The notes: a model not told the origin generated them from the sequence alone. Shown: positions 1-9,718, counted from the stretch's first letter. The stretch: DNA of 64,000 nt from Candidatus Aquilonibacter sp. (GCA_035504945.1 DATJRH010000031.1:3018-67017); one strand, 5' to 3'. Numbers and translations are program-made.

Positions 1-1
1 G

Positions 2-1102
2 CCTTACATCAATTACTGGAATTACATTCAAAAATACGATATTGATGCGGCCAACCACGCCAATTCGACCAATCCCATCCTCAACATTCTGCGCGACAAA
101 CCTTACGAACATCGCGTTGCTCAACTGCCGTTCCGCGTGCCTGACCCCTTGTTCAACGGATATAGCGGCCTGTACGCTATTGAATGGATGCAACACCAGT
201 TTCCGTATTACAACATCCAGTCTCTTGACCTCGTTCAACGATCGCGCCTGCCGGCAGAGATGGAGGCGTACGAAAGCGTGCTGGCCTTTCGGGGCACACC
301 GGAAACCATCTATCTTATCGCCCGCCGATGGCAATTGAGCAACACCAGCTATCTCCTCGGACCGGCGGGTTATCTCGATGTGCTGAACAGTCAGCTTGAC
401 CCACTTCAACATAGTTTTCACATCCTCCAACGGTTTCAGATCGTGCCCAAACCGGGCATCGAACACCCGGACCAACTCTCGCAACTGACGGCGGTTTTGA
501 GTGACAATGGCGACTATGCGCTTTTTGATTACGGCGGCGCGTTGCCCCGCGCCAAGCTTTACACCGACTGGCGGGTTTGCACGAACCATGACAACGCGGT
601 GGAACATTGGCTCGCCGACATGAAACCTTATCTGCCGGAAGATGCCTACGGAATTTTGACCAACCTCGACGCCCTTGACCAAGCCACGCTCGAAACCTTG
701 AGCGCCACAAACTTTGACCCGTGGCAAACCGTCCTGCTGGCCAAGCCGCTGCCCACCGCGCCCGGCACCAACCAAAACCCCGGCATGGTCGAATTCAGAA
801 GCTACGCGCCGAAGGACATCGTGCTGAGCGCCGACGCCGATGCGCCTTCCGTCCTGCTGCTCAACGACCGCTACGACCCGGATTGGCACGTGACCGTGGA
901 CGGTGAACCGGCGGAACTGCTCCGCTGCAATTTCATCATGCGCGGCGTTTATCTCACGCCCGGCCAGCACACAGTCGAATTTCAATTCATCCTGCCGCAC
1001 AAACCGCTTTACATCACGCTGGCGGCCTTCGGCGTGGGAATTCTTCTGTGCGGCATCCTATTGATTTCAAGCCGCCGCGCGGCAAAACCCGCGGGCGGTT
1101 GA
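2..1102 (+). CDS. YfhO-like membrane protein, C-terminal part (5'-truncated by window edge)
   Basis: Frame is open from base 2 (PYINYWNY...). C-terminal 'LLLNDRYDPDWHVTVDG...NFIMRGVYLTPGQHTVEF' plus a terminal TM helix is typical of YfhO-family proteins. Confidence 0.65.
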   Translation, partial: PYINYWNYIQKYDIDAANHANSTNPILNILRDKPYEHRVAQLPFRVPDPLFNGYSGLYAIEWMQHQFPYYNIQSLDLVQRSRLPAEMEAYESVLAFRGTPETIYLIARRWQLSNTSYLLGPAGYLDVLNSQLDPLQHSFHILQRFQIVPKPGIEHPDQLSQLTAVLSDNGDYALFDYGGALPRAKLYTDWRVCTNHDNAVEHWLADMKPYLPEDAYGILTNLDALDQATLETLSATNFDPWQTVLLAKPLPTAPGTNQNPGMVEFRSYAPKDIVLSADADAPSVLLLNDRYDPDWHVTVDGEPAELLRCNFIMRGVYLTPGQHTVEFQFILPHKPLYITLAAFGVGILLCGILLISSRRAAKPAGG

Positions 1103-1113
1103 AAAGCTGCAGA

Positions 1114-2406
1114 TTATTTCGCCGTCACGACGACGTAATTCTTTTTGCCTTTGCGGAGCAGAATGTGTTTGCCGAAAAGCAAATCGTTGGTAGTCACGGC
1201 GCGTTGAAAATTGGTTTCGCGGACGTTGTTAATGTTCACGCCACCGCCTTCAATGTCTTTTCGCGCCTGACCTTTGGAAGAGCACAAGCCGGCGTGGACC
1301 AGAAGCTCAACCAGAGAAATTCCTGCGCCGTCCAACTTTGTTTTTTTCATTTCTTTCGTCGGCACTTCGCCAAGAAGAATCTCAAAGGTACTTTCGGACA
1401 TATCTTTTAGTCTATCATGGTCCGAAGTTCCATAAAACAGAAGGCTACTTACATGTTCAGTTGCAAAAGCAGCTTCCCGCCCATGGACTAATTCCGTAAC
1501 TGCAAAAGCAAGCTCTCTTTGCGCTTTACGCCAATTGGGATTTGCCATGTGCAATTTTTCCCATTCCTCAATTTGTTCTTTAGGCGAGAATGAAAAAAAA
1601 TTTAAATAGCGAATCACGTCACGGTCATCTGTGTTGATCCAGAATTGATAAAAGCGATAAACGCTTGTGCGTTTCGGATCGAGCCAGATGGCACCAGCCT
1701 CGGTTTTTCCGAATTTCGTTCCGTCGGCGTTGGTGATGAGCGGTAGCGTCAGGCCGAAAACGGTTTTGCCCAGTTTTTTCCGGCACAAATCAATGCCGGC
1801 GGTGATGTTACCCCACTGGTCGCTGCCGCCGATTTGCAGTTCGCAATTCTGGTCGCGCGCCAGCACCATGAAATCAAACGCCTGTAGCAGCATGTAGCTG
1901 AACTCGGTGTAGCTGATGCCGCTCTCGCGGTCTTCCATCCGCGCGCGCACGGATTCCTTGGCCACCATCTGGTTGACGGAAAAATGTTTTCCAATGTCGC
2001 GCAGGAAATTCAAATAGGAAATGTTTTGCGCCCAGCCTGCGTTGTCCACCAGCCGCGCGGGATTTTGTTTCGTCTCAAAATCCAGCAGCTTCGCCAGTTG
2101 CACTTTCACGCTGGCGATGTTGCGCTCCAAAATTTCTTTCGTCAGCAACTGCCGCTCCTGCGTCTTGCCGCTCGGATCGCCGATGGAACCGGTCGCGCCG
2201 CCAGCCACGGCAATCGGATAATGACCAAGCAATTGAAACCGCCGCAGCGCGAGCAACGGCACGAGGTTTCCAACGTGCAATGAATCCGCCGTCGGGTCGA
2301 AGCCGCAGTAAAGCGTGATGGGCGTGGAGATTTTCTTTTCCAATTCCGCCGCGTCGGTGCAATCGGCGACGAGGCCGCGCCATTTGAGTTCTTCCAGAAT
2401 GCTCAC
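1114..2406 (-). CDS. tyrS: Tyrosine--tRNA ligase
   Basis: YCGFDPTADSLHVGN (HIGH-like), QIGGSDQWGNI, KFGKT (KMSKS-like), C-terminal S4 domain (LLRKGKKNY). Start moved to GTG at 2406. Confidence 0.97.
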   Translation of the reverse strand: MSILEELKWRGLVADCTDAAELEKKISTPITLYCGFDPTADSLHVGNLVPLLALRRFQLLGHYPIAVAGGATGSIGDPSGKTQERQLLTKEILERNIASVKVQLAKLLDFETKQNPARLVDNAGWAQNISYLNFLRDIGKHFSVNQMVAKESVRARMEDRESGISYTEFSYMLLQAFDFMVLARDQNCELQIGGSDQWGNITAGIDLCRKKLGKTVFGLTLPLITNADGTKFGKTEAGAIWLDPKRTSVYRFYQFWINTDDRDVIRYLNFFSFSPKEQIEEWEKLHMANPNWRKAQRELAFAVTELVHGREAAFATEHVSSLLFYGTSDHDRLKDMSESTFEILLGEVPTKEMKKTKLDGAGISLVELLVHAGLCSSKGQARKDIEGGGVNINNVRETNFQRAVTTNDLLFGKHILLRKGKKNYVVVTAK

Positions 2407-2500
2407 GCGGGCAGGATAAATCGCCGATTGCCGATTGCCAATTTCCAATTGCCGCCACTTTGGACTTTGGACTTCGGGCTTTGGACTTTAACCTTCGCGC
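2407..2500. promoter_or_regulatory. Divergent tyrS/murJ promoters, apparently leaderless
   Basis: Minus strand: TTGGCA-N17-TATCCT-N6-GTG (tyrS). Plus strand: TTGGAC-N16-TAACCT-N6-GTG (murJ). No Shine-Dalgarno before either start. Confidence 0.55.
2423..2488. repeat. Two heptamer tandem arrays (GCCGATT-type x4; TGGACTT-type x4)
   Basis: gccgatt gccgatt gccaatt tccaatt (2423-2450) and tggactt tggactt cgggctt tggactt (2461-2488). Confidence 0.85.
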
Positions 2501-4081
2501 GTGTCACAGATGTTGAAATCGTCCGGCGCGATGGCCACCGCTACGTTCATCAGCCGCCTGCTCGGCATGGCGCGCGAAATCATCTATGCGCGGTTCATGG
2601 GCGACGGCATGGTCGCCGGCGCGTTTCAATTCGCCTTCACGATTCCCAATCTTTTCCGGCGGCTGCTCGGGGAAGGCGCGTTGACAGCGGCATTCATTCC
2701 CATCTTCAAGGAAAAGGAAAAAATGCACGGTGAAAAGGAAATGTGGCGCGCGGCCAACGCCGTCATTTCCGGCCTGGTCATCGCGGCGGCGGTCATCATC
2801 GGCGTCGTGGTGCTCGGTCTTTCACTCGCGCTTAATTGTCACCACTTCGCCGTCCAAACCGAACTCATGCTGCGGCTGCTGCGCGTGATGTTTCCCTACA
2901 TGATGCTCGTGTGCCTCGCCGCCGCGTTCATGGGCATGTTGAACGCGCGCGGCCATTTTTTTATCCCAGCGATGGGCGCGACGATGCTCAATGTCGTGAT
3001 GATCGCCTCCGTGCTCTGGCTCGCGCCGAAATTCGGAATGAATCTGCCGAAGGGCGAAAAATTGCCCGTGCAAATTTTCGCGCTCGCCTACGGCGTGCTG
3101 GCCGCGGGTGTGGCGCAGGCGGCGTTTCAACTGCCGACGCTCTGGCATGACGGCTTCCGTTACGAATGGGTCTCGCCGTGGCGCAATGAAACCGTGCGGC
3201 TCGTCGTCACGCGGATGATTCCCGGAACGATCGGCGTCGCTGCGTTTCAATTAAACGTCACGCTCGTGCTGGCCGTTGCGTTCTGGGTCAGCCCGCAAAT
3301 CGTCGCGTCGTTTAATTATGCCGTGCGGCTGATGGAATTGCCGCAGGGAATGTTCGGCATTTCGCTGGCGACATATCTGCTGCCGACACTTTCCGGGCTG
3401 GCGGCAGAAAAAAAATATTCCGATTTTCGCGCGACGTTGCGGCATGGTGTCAGCACGCTGCTGTTTCTGAATTTGCTTGCGGCGATTTTACTCGTCGTGC
3501 TCGCCGAGCCGATTGTGCGGCTGATTTACCAGCATGGCAAATTCACCGCCGATTCGACCGACCGGGCGGCCTTTGCTTTGATGTGCCTCGCGCCCGGCCT
3601 TGTTGCCTTTTCCACGGTTAACATTCTGGCACGCGCCTTTTACGCGCTCGGCGACACGAAAACGCCGATGAAAATCAGCATCGCCTGTCTCGCGCTGAAT
3701 TTGATCCTGGCCGGCGCGCTCGTCGAACCGTTGCGGCAGGGCGGGCTGGGAATTGCAAACACCGTGACTTCGATTTTCAACGTCGGATTGCTGACGTTTT
3801 GGCTGCGGAAGAAAATGGGGCAATTGGAAATGGAATCGCTGCAAAAGACTTTTTTGCCGCTGGCGTTGGCCGTGATTGCCGCTGGAATCGTTGCCTGGTT
3901 CGGCTGGCAAATGTGGGAGAGCAAAATCGGGCACGCGACCATCGCGCTGAAAATCGGCGCCGTGTTTGTTCCGGCAACCGGCGCGGGATTGGTTTATGGA
4001 ATCATTGCGCTGGCGTTCAAAGTTCCGGAGGCAAAAGAGATGCTGGAGTTTGGGCTGGCGAAATTCCGGCGCGTCAAATAG
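2501..4081 (+). CDS. murJ: Lipid II flippase MurJ (MviN)
   Basis: SRLLGMARE, AFTIPNLFRRLLGEGALTAAFIP, RLMELPQG, RAFYALGDTKTP; many TM helices. Confidence 0.95.
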   Translation: MSQMLKSSGAMATATFISRLLGMAREIIYARFMGDGMVAGAFQFAFTIPNLFRRLLGEGALTAAFIPIFKEKEKMHGEKEMWRAANAVISGLVIAAAVIIGVVVLGLSLALNCHHFAVQTELMLRLLRVMFPYMMLVCLAAAFMGMLNARGHFFIPAMGATMLNVVMIASVLWLAPKFGMNLPKGEKLPVQIFALAYGVLAAGVAQAAFQLPTLWHDGFRYEWVSPWRNETVRLVVTRMIPGTIGVAAFQLNVTLVLAVAFWVSPQIVASFNYAVRLMELPQGMFGISLATYLLPTLSGLAAEKKYSDFRATLRHGVSTLLFLNLLAAILLVVLAEPIVRLIYQHGKFTADSTDRAAFALMCLAPGLVAFSTVNILARAFYALGDTKTPMKISIACLALNLILAGALVEPLRQGGLGIANTVTSIFNVGLLTFWLRKKMGQLEMESLQKTFLPLALAVIAAGIVAWFGWQMWESKIGHATIALKIGAVFVPATGAGLVYGIIALAFKVPEAKEMLEFGLAKFRRVK

Positions 4082-4946
4082 AAACAACCTCCGTCCAGCA
4101 ATTTTTCCCGAACTGCGATTTAAATCTTTCGCCAAGCGTTTCGGCGGCGGCGGAATTTTCGGTGACAGCAAATGTCGTCGAGCCGCTGCCGGACATGAGC
4201 GCGGCCAGCGCGCCGTTCGCCAGCAAAAATTCCTGATACATCTTCAAAATGGGAAATTTTTCAAACGCCGGGGCTTCGAGTGAATTGTAAAGCCCAACGC
4301 CGCCAGCGGGCCAATCGCGGGTCTGAAGTTTTGAAATCAATTCCGCCGCGCGACCCTTTTGTCTGTTCAACGCGTCGGGAAATCGCGAGAAATTTTGGTA
4401 GGCCCATGGCGTGGAAATGCCGAAGCCGGGATGAATCAGCAGAAACGCCTTGCCGTCCAGCGCGGGAAATTTTTCGAGCGGCTGGATTTTTTCGCCGCGT
4501 CCGGTCGCGAGCGCCGGCTTGTCTTGCAGGAAAAACGGAACGTCCGAGCCAAGCGCCGCGGCCAATTCGTAAAGTTTTTCCAGCGGAAGCGACCGTTCAA
4601 ATAGTTCATTGAGCGCGAGCAATGTCGTCGCCGCGTTGCCGCTGCCGCCGCCCAATCCGGCGGCGAGCGGAATTTTCTTTTCCAGATGAATCTTGACGCC
4701 TTCGGAAATGTTCGCCGCCGCCAGAAAATTTTCCGCCGCGCGAAAAATCAGATTGCGCGAATCAACCGGCAATTTTTTGTCGCCACACGAAAGTTGAATT
4801 CGATTTCCGCCGCGTTCAAAAGTCAGCTCGTCGCACACATTGACCGGCTGGAGAACGGTTTCGAGCTCGTGAAAGCCATCCGCCCGCCGGCCGAGGATGT
4901 TCAGCAGCAAATTGACCTTGCAGGGAGATTTTTTGTTTAGTGGCAC
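4074..4946 (-). CDS. ispE: 4-diphosphocytidyl-2-C-methyl-D-erythritol kinase
   Basis: PCKVNLLL..RRADGFHELET, KKIPLAAGLGGGSGNAA (GHMP motif), LGSDVPFF, MSGSGST. Confidence 0.95.
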   Translation of the reverse strand: MPLNKKSPCKVNLLLNILGRRADGFHELETVLQPVNVCDELTFERGGNRIQLSCGDKKLPVDSRNLIFRAAENFLAAANISEGVKIHLEKKIPLAAGLGGGSGNAATTLLALNELFERSLPLEKLYELAAALGSDVPFFLQDKPALATGRGEKIQPLEKFPALDGKAFLLIHPGFGISTPWAYQNFSRFPDALNRQKGRAAELISKLQTRDWPAGGVGLYNSLEAPAFEKFPILKMYQEFLLANGALAALMSGSGSTTFAVTENSAAAETLGERFKSQFGKNCWTEVVSI

Positions 4947-5030
4947 GTTGAAGTGTTGAAAAATTAAAGCGTTGAAGCGAAAATTCCGAACGCTTCAACG
5001 CTTTAACGGTTCAACCATTTAACCAATCAA
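4947..5030. repeat. Octamer (CGCTTCAA-type) arrays forming a 16-bp perfect inverted repeat
   Basis: ttaaagcgttgaagcg (4964-4979) / cgcttcaacgctttaa (4991-5006), flanked by degenerate 8-mer units. Confidence 0.8.
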
Positions 5031-5467
5031 TTGTCAAACACCTCGAAGCGGCTGCCCGGAAACCACGGCGCGACGTCGCCACCGCTGTAGCCGGTGTAGG
5101 TGTCCGTGTCCAAAATCCCGCACGACGGCAGGCCGGGTTCGTAGCTGTCGGGATAAACGGGCTCCGGCGCAAATTCTTTCGTGAAGATCGGACCATAAGG
5201 CGGAATCGGCGCGGTGGCCATTTCATAAATGCCCATGCCCGTGCGCGCCAGCGAGCGGTCAAAACCGCGAACCAAACCGGTGGTAAAGCCGGCATCGGGC
5301 GAATCAAAGACGGAGGTTTGCTCGATGCTGCGGCGCATTTCGCCCAAGCGGACGATGTCATAGGCGTTTCTCATGCCCAACCCGAATTTTTCTTCCGGCC
5401 CGGCGCAACCGGTCGTGAACAAAGCGGCAAGGCCAGCGAGTGCGAGGATAAGCATTGCGTTTCGCAT
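5027..5467 (-). CDS. Lipoprotein, exosortase-system-associated (TIGR04073-like)
   Basis: Lipobox (FTTGC); 'KFGLGMRN...GFTTGLVRG...RTGMGIYEMATAPIP' pattern. Confidence 0.6.
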   Translation of the reverse strand: MRNAMLILALAGLAALFTTGCAGPEEKFGLGMRNAYDIVRLGEMRRSIEQTSVFDSPDAGFTTGLVRGFDRSLARTGMGIYEMATAPIPPYGPIFTKEFAPEPVYPDSYEPGLPSCGILDTDTYTGYSGGDVAPWFPGSRFEVFDN

Positions 5468-5550
5468 AAGATTTAAGTTGTTGACTTGAGCCTACGCCGA
5501 AATTGTCGTTTGTAAAGCGCGTTTTGGTGAATTGATGAATTTTTGGATTT

Positions 5551-6639
5551 TCAATGCCAGCGCTGGCGCAACAACGGCCAGCCATATTCCAAACCGGCCC
5601 AGACCAAACCGACAAGCAATAAAATGATCAACAGGGCGAGCAAAAGCCGTCGCCGCGCCTTCGCCCGGTCCGCCTGGTCCCAATACCACGCGATCCAGAC
5701 CGTGAGTTCGTAAAGAAATTGCAGCGGCACGAACATGACGATTTGCGTGATCGGTTCCGGTGTCGTCAACACCGCGCCGAGAATCAAATTGATGACAATC
5801 ATGTAGCGCCGCGCCTTGGACAAAGTGGAATAACTTAACACGCCGATTTTCACGAGCGTCAGAATCACCACCGGCAGTTCGAAGCCCAGCCCCATGCCAA
5901 GCATGAATTTGCAGACGAAGCTGATGTAAGATTCCGCCTGCCATTGCATCGCGCCGAGGCCGAGCCAGTGGGAATACATCTGCGCCGCCGCCAGCGCCAC
6001 CGGCATCAGCGCGAAATAACAAAACGCCACGCCGGTGATAAACAACCCGACACCGATGGTCAGCCCGCGATAGACGTATTTGCGCTCGCGGATTTTCAAC
6101 GCCGGAAAAACGAATGACGCGATGAAATAGAAAATGAACGGCGCCGCCAGCAACGCGCCGCCGTAAAGCCCGACCTGGAATGCCACGACAAATCCGCCGG
6201 CCGGACTCAAATTGATGAGTTCAACGTTCATCCGCTGCGCGCCCGCGATGGCGGCCGGATTGTCGGTGACACGCCAGCCGAGCACTTGGTTTGTGCCGAG
6301 CATGATCGGTTCAACGGTCACGGAGACAAAGCGATTGGTGCCGAGGTTCAGCGATTTTTCCTGTTCGGGCGTGAGTTGAAAATTGCCGATGTGGTTGGTG
6401 CCGAAGCTGACGACGACGATCTGGTTCACGCTGGTGTGGCGGAACTGAGCATGATCCAGCGGCCATTTGATGATGCCGACGACGTGGTTGGCCGCGACCA
6501 GGCAGACGAGCATCGCCAGAAACAGCGCGACGATGCTTTTGATGAGCACCCAGCGGAAGTCCTCGAGATGTTCGAGAAAAGTTTTTACCGGTCCGCCTTC
6601 CGGCGTTTCATCGGGACGATCCGGTTCGTGCGCGGCCAT
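5551..6639 (-). CDS. tatC: Twin-arginine translocase subunit TatC, with loop insertion and extra C-terminal helix
   Basis: FLEHLEDFR, FVFPALKIRER, GLGFELPV, GAVLTTPEPITQ, LYELTVWI. Confidence 0.92.
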   Translation of the reverse strand: MAAHEPDRPDETPEGGPVKTFLEHLEDFRWVLIKSIVALFLAMLVCLVAANHVVGIIKWPLDHAQFRHTSVNQIVVVSFGTNHIGNFQLTPEQEKSLNLGTNRFVSVTVEPIMLGTNQVLGWRVTDNPAAIAGAQRMNVELINLSPAGGFVVAFQVGLYGGALLAAPFIFYFIASFVFPALKIRERKYVYRGLTIGVGLFITGVAFCYFALMPVALAAAQMYSHWLGLGAMQWQAESYISFVCKFMLGMGLGFELPVVILTLVKIGVLSYSTLSKARRYMIVINLILGAVLTTPEPITQIVMFVPLQFLYELTVWIAWYWDQADRAKARRRLLLALLIILLLVGLVWAGLEYGWPLLRQRWH

Positions 6640-6657
6640 GCCGGGGAGTTCCGCGCG

Positions 6658-6924
6658 TCAGGCCTTGGGCGGATTGGACGATTGCGAAACGGTCTGCGCC
6701 GGTTGCGACTGCCCGTTGGCGGCGGGTTTGGCCGGCGGCGTTTCAGTCGTTGCACTCTGGATTTCGTCCGTCACTTCCTTTGTCGCTTTTTTGAATTCCT
6801 TGATGCCGGTGCCGAGACCGCGGGCCAGTTCGGGAATTTTCTTGGCGCCGAACAAAAGCAGAACGGCCAGAATGACAATCAGCCATTCCCATCCGCCAAG
6901 CATTCCTGCCAACATGGTATTCAT
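6658..6924 (-). CDS. tatA: Twin-arginine translocase TatA/E
   Basis: [38 protein letters not shown]. True start is ATG 6924, inside the longer ORF-track call. Confidence 0.93.
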   Translation of the reverse strand: MNTMLAGMLGGWEWLIVILAVLLLFGAKKIPELARGLGTGIKEFKKATKEVTDEIQSATTETPPAKPAANGQSQPAQTVSQSSNPPKA

Positions 6925-7063
6925 AAATTTATCGAGCCTGTGAAAGCTTACGCCCATTACGGCGAATAGTAAAGCGCCAAATCCAACAGGCGAAATGGCA
7001 CGCCGCCACCCAAACTTTTCCGGCAAATCAGGGACGCCCGCCCGCGCCCCTTTCAAATCGAAA

Positions 7064-7666
7064 TCACGTTCCGGTTTGCGGCAGCAGCAGCACAAAATCG
7101 TCGCGGCGGTTTTCCGCCCACGCGGCCTCGTCGTGGCCGGGGTCAACGGGGTTGTCCTTGCCGAAGCTGATGGTGCGAACACGCATCGGGTCAACGCCCA
7201 GTTTGGCCAGCGCCTCGCGCGCGGCCAGCGCGCGGCGTTCGCCGAGCGCGCGGTTGTATTCTTCCGTACCGCGCTCGTCGCAATTGCCTTGGATAAGAAG
7301 CTTGTCGCTTGGATTGGCGGCCAGTGCCTGCGCCACGGCTTGCAAACTGGCCTGCTCGCTGTCGCGGATGACCGCGCTGTCAAAGGCAAAGTGAATCGTG
7401 TCAGGTGCCAGCGTGTTGGTGTCTTCGGCCATACCATCAAAAGTTTTCAAGCCCGCCAACGGCCCGCCGCCCTGCTCTCCAACACCATTTTCAGGAGACA
7501 TCGTGCCACCGCCAGACAGAGTGTTGTTGCCGCCTTCGTTGTCAACAATGGCCGGAGCTGGACCCGGTATTCGCGTCACGTTTGTCGGTTCATGTTTGCA
7601 GCCGGTGGAAGCCAGCGTGACGGCCAGCGCGAAGACCAGCGGATAAATCAGTTTCATCGTTTTCAT
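7064..7666 (-). CDS. pal: Peptidoglycan-associated lipoprotein (OmpA domain)
   Basis: Lipobox (ASTGC); [31 protein letters not shown]; follows tolB. Confidence 0.93.
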   Translation of the reverse strand: MKTMKLIYPLVFALAVTLASTGCKHEPTNVTRIPGPAPAIVDNEGGNNTLSGGGTMSPENGVGEQGGGPLAGLKTFDGMAEDTNTLAPDTIHFAFDSAVIRDSEQASLQAVAQALAANPSDKLLIQGNCDERGTEEYNRALGERRALAAREALAKLGVDPMRVRTISFGKDNPVDPGHDEAAWAENRRDDFVLLLPQTGT

Positions 7667-7709
7667 TTTTTTCCTTCGGTTAATTTTTGGTTAAAAGTTA
7701 AGGTCAAAA

Positions 7710-8903
7710 TCATTTCGCCCATGACGGCTCCGAATCATTTCCAGAAATTCGGCCAATATCCTTGACCTGTTTCGTGAAAACGTCAAGCACGGACAGCGAA
7801 TAACGCCAGTTCACGACCTTGGTGTAAATCAGCGTCCGCGAGTTCGGCGACCACGACGGCTCTTCGCCCGCCACCAGCACCGTCGGCGGCGCGCTGCCGT
7901 CCGCCGGCATCACGCAAATGTCGAACTCGCCCATCTGCGACGTGAAAGCAATCCACTTGCCATCCGGCGACCAGCAGGGGTCGGTTGGATTGGCAACGCC
8001 CGGCGTCGGAATTCGTTGAACCGCGCCGCCGTCCGCCGGAATTTTCGCGAGTTCGCGGCGCTCATTGACTTTTGTCGCGAAACAAATCCATCGTCCATCC
8101 GGCGACCAGCACGGCGACGAATCCTCGATGCCCGTCGTCAACCGCTTCAAATCCGAGCCGTCCAGATTGCAGACCCAGACGTTCGGACTGCCGCTCTTGC
8201 TCAAAATCATCGCCACTTTCGTGCCGTCCGGCGACACCGCCGCGCTCGTGTTCAAACCGGAAAATCCCGCGAAGATGCGGCGCTGGCCGGTGGTGAGGTC
8301 GTGATAAAAAATGTCCGGGTTGCCGGGTTTGTAGGACGTGTAAAGCAGCACCAGCCGACCGGGCACCCACGCTGGCGCGGCGACGATGGCGTGGTCGTGC
8401 GTGACGGCCACCGCGTTGTAGCCGTCAAAATCGGAAACGTAAATTTCGCCGTGGCCGTTGGGCGCCTCGGCCTTGAAGGCGATTTTCGTCCGCCCGATTC
8501 CCTTTTTTCCCGTAATGGCAAAAACAATGTCGTCGGCGAATGCATGGGCTTGTTGCCGCAACGTCGCGCCGGTGTAGCTGCGTGACAGGATGACCTTTCG
8601 CGCAAACTTGTCGGTGACGGTGCCGGCGACGCTGCCGGAATTGCTCCCACTGATTTGATACTGCGCCGCGTCCGATGAGACGAAGCTGAAACCTTGGACG
8701 TAAAGATCAAATTCCAAAACGTCCAGGACTTCGCCGCTGAAACCGGTCAGTGAGACGGGAATGGGCGGAGTCAGGCCAGGAACAGGAACCTGCTCGTTCA
8801 TGTTTAGCAAATTTTGATTCTGGCCTTGTGCAAAATTCAGTGGAACCGCAAAAGCAAAAACCGGTAGGCAAATTTTAATGAGGTTGAAAAAATATTTTTT
8901 CAT
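7710..8903 (-). CDS. tolB: TolB-like beta-propeller protein
   Basis: AHAFADDIV..ITGKKG, repeated WSPDG (PD40) motifs; tol-pal gene order. Confidence 0.88.
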   Translation of the reverse strand: MKKYFFNLIKICLPVFAFAVPLNFAQGQNQNLLNMNEQVPVPGLTPPIPVSLTGFSGEVLDVLEFDLYVQGFSFVSSDAAQYQISGSNSGSVAGTVTDKFARKVILSRSYTGATLRQQAHAFADDIVFAITGKKGIGRTKIAFKAEAPNGHGEIYVSDFDGYNAVAVTHDHAIVAAPAWVPGRLVLLYTSYKPGNPDIFYHDLTTGQRRIFAGFSGLNTSAAVSPDGTKVAMILSKSGSPNVWVCNLDGSDLKRLTTGIEDSSPCWSPDGRWICFATKVNERRELAKIPADGGAVQRIPTPGVANPTDPCWSPDGKWIAFTSQMGEFDICVMPADGSAPPTVLVAGEEPSWSPNSRTLIYTKVVNWRYSLSVLDVFTKQVKDIGRISGNDSEPSWAK

Positions 8904-9718
8904 TCGATCGTTCGTATAGCGTTAAAATTGATGGTGTAAGTCCGTTCATTTTCCGTCGCGCCGTCTGGAAACGGTGCTATGGACACGACGCGGTCTAACA
9001 TGCGTTGCACGGCGGCATCCACGTTTGCGTCCCCGGACGACTCAATGATGTGTGCGTTAATCACTCTACCATCGCGGGCGATGGTCACGGAAAATTTCAC
9101 AACCGCACTGTTGCCAGCCATGTTGTCAGGCGAAATCCAAGCATTGTGATAAACGCTCACAACAACGTCACCGTAGTTCGCGTAAGCCACGCTGCTGTTG
9201 CCGGGCATATCAATTTTCATGTCGGAAGACAAATTGTGTTGCAAACTTCGAAGCACATTGTTTAGCACCCGCGAATTTTTTGAATTATCGGTTTGCGCCG
9301 AAATTCTCGACGGAGTGCGGACAACTTCATTGAGATTCGGCTTAATCTGGTGCGGTGGATTTTCCACCGGCTTTGATGCTTGTTTCTCCGGTTCGGGTTT
9401 GGGTTCGGGTGTGAAATAATTTTCAATCCTTTTCACAAGAGTCGGCGTCGGCTCGACAGGTTTTGGCGTGGGCGGCGCGGGTTGTGGTTGCGGTTGCGGC
9501 TGAACAATTGGCTGCGGCGCGGGCGGCGGCGGTTGCGCGCTTTTGACCCCGCTGTTGAACGCGGCGTCAATCAAGTTGGCTGGAATCATGTCCAGCACTT
9601 GCGTATTGTCCGTTTTCGGTGTCGGATTAAAGAACGCCGGGCCGACGACTAAAATCACCAGCAGCAGCAGGTGAGCTCCCACTGTCGCAAGGACGCATTT
9701 TTTTTGCAGCCGGTTCAT
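8900..9718 (-). CDS. tolA: TolA/TonB-family energy transducer
   Basis: N-terminal TM with His (AHLLL), Pro-rich linker, TonB-C-like domain (FSVTIARDG...SSGDANVD); between tolR and tolB. Confidence 0.75.
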   Translation of the reverse strand: MNRLQKKCVLATVGAHLLLLVILVVGPAFFNPTPKTDNTQVLDMIPANLIDAAFNSGVKSAQPPPPAPQPIVQPQPQPQPAPPTPKPVEPTPTLVKRIENYFTPEPKPEPEKQASKPVENPPHQIKPNLNEVVRTPSRISAQTDNSKNSRVLNNVLRSLQHNLSSDMKIDMPGNSSVAYANYGDVVVSVYHNAWISPDNMAGNSAVVKFSVTIARDGRVINAHIIESSGDANVDAAVQRMLDRVVSIAPFPDGATENERTYTINFNAIRTIE

